Below, piece by piece: positions 38,311 through 47,982 of a stretch of 64,000 bases of DNA; within the stretch, counting starts at the first letter, position 1, and the number at the start of each line of letters is the position of its first letter. The notes beneath the pieces were generated by a model. The model saw only the letters and a list, made by a program, of their open reading frames with translations. It was not told where the DNA came from and did not search any database. The position numbers and the translations under genes were made by a program. The DNA is from Pirellulales bacterium (GTDB lineage Bacteria; Planctomycetota; Planctomycetia; Pirellulales; JAICIG01), in assembly GCA_040901675.1 (NCBI GenBank), contig JBBDYJ010000001.1, positions 107,618-171,617 on the forward strand, given 5' to 3'.

Positions 38311-39552
38311 ATGGTCCGTATCTTAAGGATATCTCTAATTCTCCTCGCGTTGTTGTCAACCGCAGCAAATGCGCAAGATGGCGATTTTCAATTTACAGCC
38401 GACGGACGAGTACAACGAAATGCCACTGGCCGAGCGCTCAGGTGGGAAACTGCGGGGCGCGTGTTTGCCCTCGATAAGACATCGGCCGAGAAGCAGGCAA
38501 ATGAAGTTGTTGATGAGTTCCTCAAAACAAACTACCCGCAATGGACTGAAGTACCGGGCTCGCGAAGGATGTCGCTCGGACCAACTCGAAATACTGGCGC
38601 GAATGCTCACCATACTACGCTCCGAATGCATGTCACTTGCTTAGGAGCGATCGTTCGGGACAAGCCGGTGCTTACGATTATGACCTGGGATATCATAACT
38701 GAAGAGGAAGTAATTGATCGTTTCACCCTTCGAATTATTGTGATCAAAGACGGCGAAGAACGTGTGCACGAAGGAGAAGTAGTAACGATTGGACGCGGCA
38801 AGGAAGGAGAATTTGGTCGTTGGTTCGATGTATGGTCGGGGGACTTTGTCGAAGGGGACCTGGAACCCGTATTCACCTTTCGCGTCCTGCAAAAGGATGT
38901 GCCAGAAGTCGGCCCCTATGTCGCTCCAAAGGTCCCCAATCCGGCGGACCCTAATGATGGATTCACTGAGGTTGGAACCTTTCGCGTCCGGCTCCGACAC
39001 GAAGTGCAAAAACTTGTGGCTGATTGGGAACGCGAATCGAACGTTACCACCCCGTCCCGGCCGCGCCCGGGACCGGGCCTTCTGTCTCAAAGGTTCATCG
39101 TCGAGGCACCCGAAACCGTGCCTTTTGGCATCTCTGTTTACGCAGAGAAAAAAGCCGATGCCGACGCTGAGCGCGAGAAGGCTTTAGAGGCTGCTCGCGC
39201 CAAAGATGAACAGATGAGGAAAAAGCTAGACGCGGCAGGTCGCGACATAAAGGTATATACCGGATCGGTTGAAGGGACAGATGGTGGATCTCGAGTTGGC
39301 GTCGGGGCACTAGTTGTCGCTTCAGCTAACGTACCGGCGGCTGAAGAATACTTAGCACGAGAGTTTCCTGGACAACGAGAGCGAGGGACCGCCATCGCTG
39401 TATCGAGCGAGGAGGAGGCCAAGAAGTTCCTAATTGAGCGGTTTAAAGCTTCATTTCCCAATGGACAGCCGGGCGAACCTCGACTCACTGTTAAGACGAG
39501 GCGAACTATGCTCGATAGGCTTCAGGAAGTGCCTGGCCGAAGACGCCGATGA
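38311..39552 (+). CDS. Secreted hypothetical protein
   Basis: AGGAG RBS, signal peptide (ANA|QD), 413-aa ORF; AT-richer. Confidence 0.75.
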   Translation: MVRILRISLILLALLSTAANAQDGDFQFTADGRVQRNATGRALRWETAGRVFALDKTSAEKQANEVVDEFLKTNYPQWTEVPGSRRMSLGPTRNTGANAHHTTLRMHVTCLGAIVRDKPVLTIMTWDIITEEEVIDRFTLRIIVIKDGEERVHEGEVVTIGRGKEGEFGRWFDVWSGDFVEGDLEPVFTFRVLQKDVPEVGPYVAPKVPNPADPNDGFTEVGTFRVRLRHEVQKLVADWERESNVTTPSRPRPGPGLLSQRFIVEAPETVPFGISVYAEKKADADAEREKALEAARAKDEQMRKKLDAAGRDIKVYTGSVEGTDGGSRVGVGALVVASANVPAAEEYLAREFPGQRERGTAIAVSSEEEAKKFLIERFKASFPNGQPGEPRLTVKTRRTMLDRLQEVPGRRRR

Positions 39553-39989
39553 TTAAGAATGGTATTTGCGTGCACACGGTACAGCAGGTCCTCAGCGAGG
39601 CGATAGCTTTTCTGTAACTAAATTCATGGTCCGAGAGATGAATTTGGCCGATGCTGTTGCATGGTTCGCTCATAACAAAACCGCCGTGACAAGGCAACTG
39701 TGCCGAGACATTGACCCCTCGGCCCTCGCGGACGTTGCGACACGTTTGTTCGCACTCAAGGGAACCGCACCGGAGCGGGCAGATCTGGCCGCGATAGGGC
39801 CGCGGAAAGGGGATAGCCGCGGAAAGGGGATAAGTCCAATATTCGTCCACGATCGGCCTATCCGAGGGAGGGCCAAAGGGGGCGCGACGAAAGCGCCGGT
39901 GAAAAACCGGCAGGGAGGCGATGCGATCGGGTGCGCAACTTTATTGTCGCCCACTTCGGGGCTCAAGACGGGCGCGTTGGTTCGCAAAC

Positions 39990-40037
39990 CGGGGGCTTAC
40001 GCCGCCCGGCTATTGACTACCGCCCGCTTCGCGGGCT
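39990..40037. repeat. REP-like element family C (reverse complement of 8944-8991)
   Basis: GGGGCTTACGCCGCCCGGCTATTGACTACCGCCCGCTTCGCGGGCT. Confidence 0.85.
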
Positions 40038-40179
40038 AAAGAGGGACGAAACGTGCCTGACGATTCCCGAAATCATCGCGACTATCGCTCGATTTCAGCG
40101 AGTCGCGTGCGACACGCAGAAGCGGGCGACGGCGCGCTATACGAGACCAGACCTTGCCTCGTCCGGCGCGGCGGCCGCG

Positions 40180-42159
40180 ATGATGTGGCCGGTCGCGCTG
40201 GCGGAAACGAGCCCGCTCAATGTCGCGCGGACTTTTGTCTACAATAGTGCTGACGAGCTGACCAGCGTCACGGACCGCAATGGCCGCCAGCGGACGTTCG
40301 CCCGCGACAACATGGGGCGGGTCACGGCGGAGGAGTGGCTGGACGCCGCCCAGACCCCGATCCACACGATCAGCTACGTCCACGATGCGGCCAGCCAGTT
40401 GACCAGCGTCTCGGACGCCTATTCTTCGTACGCTTTCGGTTATAATGATGCCGGCTGGGTGACGAGCGAAGACAACAGCGGCACGCCTGGAATGCCCAAC
40501 GTGGTCCTGACGCACGGCTACAACCCGTTCGGCGAGCGGACCAGCCGCTCGGACAATCTGGGCGGCTCGACGGCCTTCACGTTCGACCAGGCGCACCGCA
40601 TGACAGGCGCCACGCTGACCGTGGGCAGCAACACCGCGCAGGTGGCTTGGACGTATGACAACGCGGACCGTTTGATGCGCATCACGCGCAATGGCATGGG
40701 ATCGGAGGTCTGGACCGACATCACGCTGGACAACATGGACCGCGTGAAGCGGATCGCGCACTCCAGCTACGCGAAGGGGATGATGTTCGGCAACCCGGCC
40801 TTGAGCGCGTTCGACTACACCTGGAACGCAGCCTCGGAAATCACCAACTACACCGGCCCCGAGGGCACGCTCAACTATAGTTATGACACGACCAGCCAAC
40901 TCACGGCGACGAGCGGTGCCCGTGCGGAGGCCTACAGTTACGACCTGAATGGCAACCGCACGATGGCCGGTTATTCGACCGGCACGGGCAATCGGCTTTT
41001 GTCGGACGGCGTGTACAACTACACGCACGACAACGAAGGAAACCTCACAGTCCAGGTCCGCATCTCCGACAACCAGCGGACCGAGTTCACCTGGGACCAT
41101 CGCAACCGCCTGACCAAGGCATTGGTCAAGGACTCCGGCGGCGCCACGATCCGTGAAGCGCGCTTCACGTATGACGTTCTTGATCGGCTCATCGGCCGCT
41201 GGGTCGATATGGACGGGGCGGGGCCGCAGGCGCCTGTCCAGACCCGGCACGCCTATGACGGCGCGAACCCCTACGCCGATTTTAACAGCGCCGGGTCGCT
41301 GACCAACCGCTACTTCTACGGGGCGGCCATCGACGAGCTGTTGGGACGGATGTCGTCATCCGGGGTGGTCGACTGGTACATGACCGACCTCATCGGTTCC
41401 GTTCGCCAGATCGTGAACAAGATGGGCACAAGCACGCTGCACACGGCCAACTACGATTCGTTCGGGAACATCGCCAGCCAGACCGGGACCGGCGACCGCT
41501 TCAAGTACGCGGCCCGCGAGTTGGAGGCGGCGATTGACCAGTACCACAATCGTGCCCGCTGGTACGATCCGCGGGTGGGCCGGTTTACGAGCGAGGATCC
41601 GATCGGGTTCGAGGCGGGCGATGCAAACCTGTTCCGGTACGTGGGCAACAACCCCACGGGTCATACCGACCCGAGTGGAAAAGCCGATGCCGCTGTGCTG
41701 ACCATGGCGACGTACTACACGACTAGTGGGTTCGCTGTCCCTGCATCTGCTACAGCCGCCGCCGCTACTGTCGCAACCACTGGTGCGGCGGTAGGCGCAT
41801 TTGCTGGCGGTTATTATATCGGCAGCCAAGCCGCACCATATACGAGTGTTCCATTGGCTACGATCACAACAGAGGGATACTACGGATGGAAGTATGGCGA
41901 TTTAAGTAAGCCATCGGATTGGGCACTTGCTAAGGCCAACGAAGAGCCTACGCCCCTACAAACGGGCGGGCACACCATTAAGGAATCGACGGCCAAGGAA
42001 CTCGGACTCCCAAAGGAAAAGGTAAAGCAGGCTGTCGAAGGTATCAAATACGACCACGGCCTACCAAAGAACCATCAGGGGAAGATAATGAGTAACGGCG
42101 ATTACGTTGATGCCCACACCGGCGAGAATTTCGGCAACATCTACGACTATGCCCCCTGA
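40180..42159 (+). CDS. Rhs/YD-repeat protein (N-terminally incomplete) with C-terminal polymorphic toxin domain
   Basis: YD repeats, core 'RARWYDPRVGRFTSEDPIG..NLFRYVGNNP..TDPSG'; 159-aa tail from 41680; start codon uncertain. Confidence 0.9.
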   Translation: MMWPVALAETSPLNVARTFVYNSADELTSVTDRNGRQRTFARDNMGRVTAEEWLDAAQTPIHTISYVHDAASQLTSVSDAYSSYAFGYNDAGWVTSEDNSGTPGMPNVVLTHGYNPFGERTSRSDNLGGSTAFTFDQAHRMTGATLTVGSNTAQVAWTYDNADRLMRITRNGMGSEVWTDITLDNMDRVKRIAHSSYAKGMMFGNPALSAFDYTWNAASEITNYTGPEGTLNYSYDTTSQLTATSGARAEAYSYDLNGNRTMAGYSTGTGNRLLSDGVYNYTHDNEGNLTVQVRISDNQRTEFTWDHRNRLTKALVKDSGGATIREARFTYDVLDRLIGRWVDMDGAGPQAPVQTRHAYDGANPYADFNSAGSLTNRYFYGAAIDELLGRMSSSGVVDWYMTDLIGSVRQIVNKMGTSTLHTANYDSFGNIASQTGTGDRFKYAARELEAAIDQYHNRARWYDPRVGRFTSEDPIGFEAGDANLFRYVGNNPTGHTDPSGKADAAVLTMATYYTTSGFAVPASATAAAATVATTGAAVGAFAGGYYIGSQAAPYTSVPLATITTEGYYGWKYGDLSKPSDWALAKANEEPTPLQTGGHTIKESTAKELGLPKEKVKQAVEGIKYDHGLPKNHQGKIMSNGDYVDAHTGENFGNIYDYAP

Positions 42160-42165
42160 CAGTCA

Positions 42166-42618
42166 ATGGACAATATGGAACTGCAAGATCTGGGGCCTGA
42201 CATTTGCAAGACCGCCGGGGTGATGTTTAGTATTCGCGGAGACCAAGTCGTACCTAACACAATTACGTCGCTTTTGGGTGTCACGCCCTCTTACGCATTT
42301 GCAAAGGGAGATGAGTTTCGCAGCGCTTCAGGGATTCATCGCCGAGGGTCTGGGGTCTGGCAGTTGCGGAGCGAGGGGGCAGTTCAATCGACTGACCTCG
42401 AGGTTCACGCAGGTTTCATCCTTCAGCAACTCGAACCAAAACGGGACATTATTGCAACGTATGTTAATAGCGCTGAGTACTTCGTATGCGTGCGAGTTCG
42501 CTGTGAAATGTTTGAGCAGGTCGGCAGCTTCGGCTTTTCGAGTAACATGCTCGCTAGACTTAGCTCGCTTTGCGAGGAAGTGATCTTTACGTTTATCGCA
42601 AATTGTGGCGAAAGCTAA
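42166..42618 (+). CDS. Putative cognate immunity protein (DUF4279-like)
   Basis: 6 nt after the Rhs stop, AT-richer; 'FSIRGD..P.TITSLLGVTPS..AKGD...GVWQLRS'. Confidence 0.75.
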   Translation: MDNMELQDLGPDICKTAGVMFSIRGDQVVPNTITSLLGVTPSYAFAKGDEFRSASGIHRRGSGVWQLRSEGAVQSTDLEVHAGFILQQLEPKRDIIATYVNSAEYFVCVRVRCEMFEQVGSFGFSSNMLARLSSLCEEVIFTFIANCGES

Positions 42619-43031
42619 CCGAACCGGTTAGCCGGTCTTATTCACCGCCGGTTAAAGGTTCCAGGAACGAATGGCACTGTCGCTTGTGGCGCAAGGACTT
42701 GGGGTGGGCGGGACGTTCGGCGGCAGAAACGGGCGGCTGCGGGGAGCGAACCCGACACACCTCGACGGTGCGTTTGACTTAAGCGCTCAATTGAGGCGTG
42801 CGAGCGATTGATCTTGGTCACGGAACCTTCCCTGGTCTATCATTCGCTCACACGAGACCTTCCTTGGCGGGGTGCACGCATGCCATTGAGCCGGATAAGG
42901 GGATAAGTCCAATATCCGGCCTTCCGCACCATCCGTGGCGTTTCGGCGGGACGAGTATCCCCGGCTGGCGACCGTTATTCTATGCGCCGGCACGCAAGCG
43001 GCGTATTCGTTGGGATGCCTCATCGGCCGCG

Positions 43032-43190
43032 GGAGCGGCTGGACGCCGGCCAGAACCCGATCCACGCGATCAGTTGCGTCCACGACGCGGCCAGCCAGTT
43101 GACCAGCGTGTCGGATGCCTACTCCTCGTACGCTTTCGGTTATAATGCGGCGGGGTGGCTGACCAGCGAGACAACAGCGGGACGCCGGGG
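43032..43190 (+). pseudogene. Frameshifted Rhs fragment, diverged copy of 40332-40490
   Basis: Colinear match at 2700-bp offset with a 1-nt deletion near 43170. Confidence 0.85.
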
Positions 43191-43329
43191 GCTAACCGCA
43201 CAGGCGGAGGTCCGGCTGCGAGCCGGGCTCCGTCCCGCTCTTGCTCGATTCTTCGGCCTCAACCGGCTATGCTGCACTGGATACTGACCGGGCTATCGGC
43301 CCGCCAAAAGAAAGACGCTCTCAAAATTT

Positions 43330-44379
43330 ATGTTCCTGTCGCCGCGCATTGGACTCAAGGAGCTGGCCCAGGTCTGCCGGCGGATGGCGACGGGGCTGGA
43401 AGCGGGCATCGACCTGCGGCGGATCTGGGAGCGCGAAGCCTCCAACCGCTCCGGCCAGGCCTTGCGGCAGCGGATGCACGAGATCAGCGAGAAGCTGGGC
43501 CGGGGCTCCAGCGTCAGCGATGCCCTGGCCGACACCGGCAAGTACTTCCCCACGCTGTTCCGCGAGCTGGTTCACGTCGGGGAAGAAACCGGCAAGTTGC
43601 CGGACGTGCTGCGCCACCTGGCCGAGCACTACGAGCACCAGCTCAAGCTGCGGCGAGTGTTCCGCGCCGCCATCGCCTGGCCCATGATCCAACTCGCGGC
43701 GGCCGTCACCATCATCGGCCTTTTGATTTGGATCATGGGTTTTCTGCCGCCGATGGAGGGTGGCAAGCCGATCGACATCCTCGGCTTCGGACTGGTCGGC
43801 ACCGAAGGCCTGCTGATCTATCTGCTGCTGGTCGCCTGCGCCGCGGCGGCCTGCGCGGCGGTGGTCTCGGCCTTGAAGCGGGGCGTCGCCTGGACGCGGC
43901 CGATCCAACGCGCCCTCATTAAGCTGCCCGGCGTGGGAGGCCCGGTTCAGACGCTGGCCCTGGCCCGGCTGGCCTGGTCGCTGCACCTGACCGGCGAGAC
44001 GGGCATGAGCCTGCTGCGGGCCCTCCCCTTGTCGCTGCGCAGCACGCACAACGCCCATTACACCGACCACACCGATGACATTCTGCGCTCGGTGCGCTCA
44101 GGCAACGAGATCAGCGAGGCCCTGGCCGAGACCGGCGCCTTCCCCCGCGATTTTCTCGATACGCTCGAAGTCGGCGAGCAGAGCGGCCGGCTGCCCGAGA
44201 CGATGGCTCACTTGTCGGCCCAATACCAGGAGCAGGCCCAGCGGGCGCTGGGCGTGCTGACGGTGCTGCTCGGTTTTGCCGTCTGGGGCGTGGTGGCTCT
44301 GATCCTCATCCTGCTCATTCTCCGCGTGGCCATGTTCTACGTGAACATCATCACCAACGCCGCCAGCGGAAACTTTTGA
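43330..44379 (+). CDS. Type II secretion system F / PilC family platform protein
   Basis: Two repeats 'VHVGEETGKLPDVL' and 'LEVGEQSGRLPETM' with TMs. Confidence 0.93.
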   Translation: MFLSPRIGLKELAQVCRRMATGLEAGIDLRRIWEREASNRSGQALRQRMHEISEKLGRGSSVSDALADTGKYFPTLFRELVHVGEETGKLPDVLRHLAEHYEHQLKLRRVFRAAIAWPMIQLAAAVTIIGLLIWIMGFLPPMEGGKPIDILGFGLVGTEGLLIYLLLVACAAAACAAVVSALKRGVAWTRPIQRALIKLPGVGGPVQTLALARLAWSLHLTGETGMSLLRALPLSLRSTHNAHYTDHTDDILRSVRSGNEISEALAETGAFPRDFLDTLEVGEQSGRLPETMAHLSAQYQEQAQRALGVLTVLLGFAVWGVVALILILLILRVAMFYVNIITNAASGNF

Positions 44380-44495
44380 AGCGGAAAGAGGGCCGGCGAA
44401 GAGGGGAGAACCAAGGGACACCCCGGAGTTCCAGCCATCCCTGCCGCGTACAATTCATTGGAATCATGGCGAAACGCTAATTGGAAGCAACTCGA

Positions 44496-45674
44496 ATGCC
44501 CAGCTCATACATCATCGCCGGATGCCGCACGCCAATCGGCAAGTTCCTGGGGGGCCTCGCCGGCGTGAGCGCGCCGCGGCTGGGCTCGGTGGCCATTGCC
44601 GAGGCGCTGCGCCGCGCCGAAATACCGGCCGGCCAGGTCGACGAAGTGATCATGGGCAACATCCTCACGGCCGGCCTGGGGCAGGCGCCCGCGCGCCAGG
44701 CGGCCCTGGGGGCAGGCCTGCCGGCCAGCGTGGCGGCGCTGACGATCAACAAGATGTGCGGTTCCGGGCTCAAGGCCGTCATGCTGGCCGACCAGGTGAT
44801 TCGCTCCGGCGACGCCCGCCTGATCGTGGCCGGCGGCATGGAGAACATGAGCCGGGCGCCGCACCTGATCATGGGTGCCCGCGAGGGCTGGAAGTTCGGT
44901 CCGCAGACCGTGCTCGACTCGATGGTCCACGACGGCCTGTGGTGCGCCTTCGAGAATGCGGCCATGGGCGCCCAGGCCGACTACATTGCCGCCAGCCGCG
45001 GCGTCAGCCGGGCCGACCAGGATGCGTTTGCCGCCGAGAGCCACCGCCGCTCGGCCGCCGCGATTGCCGAGGGCCGCTTTGCCCGTGAGATCATCGGCGT
45101 CCCCATCCGCTCGCGCGGCCAGGAGACATTGGTCGATCGGGACGAAGGGCCGCGGCCCGACACCACGCCGGAAAAACTGGCCTCGTTGAAGCCGGCCTTC
45201 GGCCCCGAGGGGACGGTCACGGCCGGCAACGCCTCGCAGCTCAGCGACGGCGCCGCGGCGGTCGTAGTGGTCGACGAGGGCCTGGCCCGCGCTACCCACT
45301 CGGGTATCAAGTTCCGCATCGTGGCCTCGGCCACCAGCGGCGTCGAGCCCAAGGAGCTGTTCATCGCACCGGTCAGCGCCGTGGAGCGCGTGTTGGCCAA
45401 AGCCGGGCTGCAGCTCAAAGACATCGACCTGGTCGAGTTGAACGAGGCCTTTGCCGCGCAGTGCCTGGCCTGCGCCCGCCCGTTGGAACTGGATCCGAAT
45501 CGCACCAACATTCACGGGGGCGCGATTGCCTTGGGGCATCCCATCGGCGCCAGCGGCGCCCGCGTGCTCGTCACGCTGTTGTACGCGATGGCCGAGAGGA
45601 AGCTTCATCGCGGCCTGGCCGCGCTCTGCCTCGGCGGCGGCAACGCCGTGGCCATGATCGTCGAGCGCGAATGA
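44496..45674 (+). CDS. Acetyl-CoA C-acyltransferase (thiolase)
   Basis: NKMCGSG, TAGNASQLSDGA, NEAF, GHPIGASG, LCLGGG. Confidence 0.96.
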   Translation: MPSSYIIAGCRTPIGKFLGGLAGVSAPRLGSVAIAEALRRAEIPAGQVDEVIMGNILTAGLGQAPARQAALGAGLPASVAALTINKMCGSGLKAVMLADQVIRSGDARLIVAGGMENMSRAPHLIMGAREGWKFGPQTVLDSMVHDGLWCAFENAAMGAQADYIAASRGVSRADQDAFAAESHRRSAAAIAEGRFAREIIGVPIRSRGQETLVDRDEGPRPDTTPEKLASLKPAFGPEGTVTAGNASQLSDGAAAVVVVDEGLARATHSGIKFRIVASATSGVEPKELFIAPVSAVERVLAKAGLQLKDIDLVELNEAFAAQCLACARPLELDPNRTNIHGGAIALGHPIGASGARVLVTLLYAMAERKLHRGLAALCLGGGNAVAMIVERE

Positions 45675-45883
45675 AGGGAAGGCAGAAGGCAGAAGGACGA
45701 AAACCGTGCCACTGCTTGTCCGCCTTTGGCGGACCGGCGTGCCGGGGTCCGATTGAGCAGTGCTCCACAGGCTGAAGGCAGCCGAGACGAAGTTGCGCGG
45801 GGCGACCCTTCGTTTCCGGCCTGAAGGCAACGCGACGGTCAAATGTTTCGGCGGCTCGATCAATGCTGGCGCGCAGAGCTGGA

Positions 45884-46255
45884 TTAAGCTATACCTCGCG
45901 TTAAGACTTGGAAAGGAACATACTGGTCCGGCGCGTCGTAGGCGCGCTGCAGTTCGGCCAACCAAGACTGTTGGAGCGCTTTCGGATTGCGGACCACGCG
46001 GAGCTTGCCCTTCGAGCGCTGATCAACCTCGGCGGCCAGGAGCGAGACCTGCTCATCGCCCGCCCGGCGGCGTACAAGGTGCAGCTCACCATCGAGTGCC
46101 AAGTCGATACGTGCTCGCATAAGGGGAGCAAGCAGTTTTTGCCAGGGTTCTTTCGTTTCTTTGACGTTGAGCAGGAGCCGCCCGGCGCGCTCGGCTGCTT
46201 CAATGGTGGCGACAGAGCGGTTGTGCGGGTCACGAATCGTGGCGACAACGCGCAT
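45884..46255 (-). CDS. Hypothetical protein (123 aa)
   Basis: GAGG RBS before ATG 46255; competing ORFs in other frames. Confidence 0.5.
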   Translation of the reverse strand: MRVVATIRDPHNRSVATIEAAERAGRLLLNVKETKEPWQKLLAPLMRARIDLALDGELHLVRRRAGDEQVSLLAAEVDQRSKGKLRVVRNPKALQQSWLAELQRAYDAPDQYVPFQVLTRGIA

Positions 46256-46572
46256 GGCTTTGCCCTCTTTGCCTGGGTCGGTGGCCCCACCAGTTCGCAC
46301 GCTATGACCTTCACTATCACCGTAGCTTAGACCCCGTCAATGGTGGTGTTCTCCCCCTGGGCGGGTGCAGGCGGGAAATCGCGTCAAGCGCCGGCTGCCA
46401 TTGCTGGCCTGCCCAGCAGTGTTTGGCATTTTCGCTGCCGATCTCGACGGTTCGGAGCAGGTCGGTGCGGGGTACGCCGAGAAATCGACCGCCGGGTCTC
46501 TGGCCCAGTCGTGCCAGCGAGGATTAGAATGCCGGACTCTCGACCACCCCCGAGCCACTCCGGATCGCCGGT

Positions 46573-47883
46573 ATGACGACAAAACGCATCTCCGGCGTCG
46601 GCGCTGTTTTGGTGGCTGCGTGGTCGCTGGCATTGATGGGACCAGAGGACGCCTTCGGCCAGCCGGCGGCACAGGAAGCCGGCCGGCCGGGCGTGGCACT
46701 GGTCCGGGCCGCAAGGCAAGGCGATTTGCCCGAAGTTGCCCGCATCCTCGAGAAATATCCCGGCGCGGTCAATGCGCGGCCGCGGACCGGATCGAAGGGC
46801 CTCGAATCGCACTACGATCAGCGAACCGCATTGCACTGGGCCGCGGACCGCGATGACCAGGAAATGGTCCAGCTCCTGATCGCAAAAAAGGCCGACGTAA
46901 ATCGGCCGGATGCCGCGCTCCAGCGGCCGCTGCACCTGGTGACGAGCGCAGCCGTGGCCACGCTATTGATCGAGGCGGGAGCCGTTGTGGACGCCAAGGA
47001 TCAATCGGGAAGGCGGCCGCTCCACGCGGCGCGGTCCGCCGAAATCGCCGGCCTGCTCATCGAGCACGGTGCCGCGATCGACGCCAAGGCGGGCACGAGC
47101 GAAAAGACCCCTTTGCACTTTGCCGCCGAGGCAGACCGCCTCGACGTGGCAACGCTGCTGATCGAGAAAGGGGCCAATGTCCACGCGCGGGACAGTAGCC
47201 AAAGAACGCCGCTCCATGACGCCTGCCGCAACGGCAACCTGGGCCTGGCGGCCATGCTGATCGATCGCGGCGCCGATATCGGCGCGATGGACGGCGAAGG
47301 GGCCACGCCTCTTTGGGTGGCTGTGGGAGGCGATACGCTGGGCAATCCGGTCGAAAAAGAGCATGCCCGGATCGTGAGGCTGCTGGTCGAACACGGAGCG
47401 TCGCTGGACGCCACGAGCGAGTCCGGCGAGACACTCCTGCACCTGGCCGCCCGCCATGGCCGCGTCGAGGTCGCGAGGTTTCTGATCGAATCAGGCCTGG
47501 ACGTCAATGCGGCCACCCAGAGTGGATTGACGCCGCTGCACTACGCCGCAGAAATGCCCGACGGAGGATGGCGCTTTGCCGGCGACGGATCGCGCGAGCT
47601 TGCCCTGGTCGAGCTGCTGATCGAGGCGGGTGCGGACGTCAACGCCGTGGCGACGGTGACGAAGGCCCGGGCTGTGAAGAGGGGGATTGCGGTCTCCACG
47701 GTTCCAGTGGAAACAAAGGTCACTCCACTCAGGTATGCAACGGCGCTGGTCGAAATGCCGATAGTGCAGTTGTCCGGGCTCCCCGGCGAATCCGAAGAAA
47801 TGGAGCGGAACGTCGAGACGACCAATCGGACCAAAAAGGCGATCGCCCGCGTCCTGCGGAAGCACGGCGGAAAGCTGCCGTGA
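46573..47883 (+). CDS. Secreted ankyrin-repeat protein
   Basis: Signal peptide; repeated TPLH.AA...LLIE.GA.VNA. Confidence 0.93.
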   Translation: MTTKRISGVGAVLVAAWSLALMGPEDAFGQPAAQEAGRPGVALVRAARQGDLPEVARILEKYPGAVNARPRTGSKGLESHYDQRTALHWAADRDDQEMVQLLIAKKADVNRPDAALQRPLHLVTSAAVATLLIEAGAVVDAKDQSGRRPLHAARSAEIAGLLIEHGAAIDAKAGTSEKTPLHFAAEADRLDVATLLIEKGANVHARDSSQRTPLHDACRNGNLGLAAMLIDRGADIGAMDGEGATPLWVAVGGDTLGNPVEKEHARIVRLLVEHGASLDATSESGETLLHLAARHGRVEVARFLIESGLDVNAATQSGLTPLHYAAEMPDGGWRFAGDGSRELALVELLIEAGADVNAVATVTKARAVKRGIAVSTVPVETKVTPLRYATALVEMPIVQLSGLPGESEEMERNVETTNRTKKAIARVLRKHGGKLP

Positions 47884-47982
47884 CTCGAGAACTGGCGCAT
47901 CCCGGCGCGCCGGGACTTTGCCGCCAGCCAGCCGCCAAGGGCATGGAACGAAGCGGCCTGGCCTGCCGGAGGCACGGGCGAA

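Noticed and set aside
39566..40039. 157-aa ORF as a real gene or transposase
   Set aside because: Its 3' half translates repeat DNA; no HUH or DDE motifs recognised
43032..43190. DGR template for the Rhs gene
   Set aside because: Mismatches involve all bases, it matches the conserved core rather than the tip, and it has a frameshift
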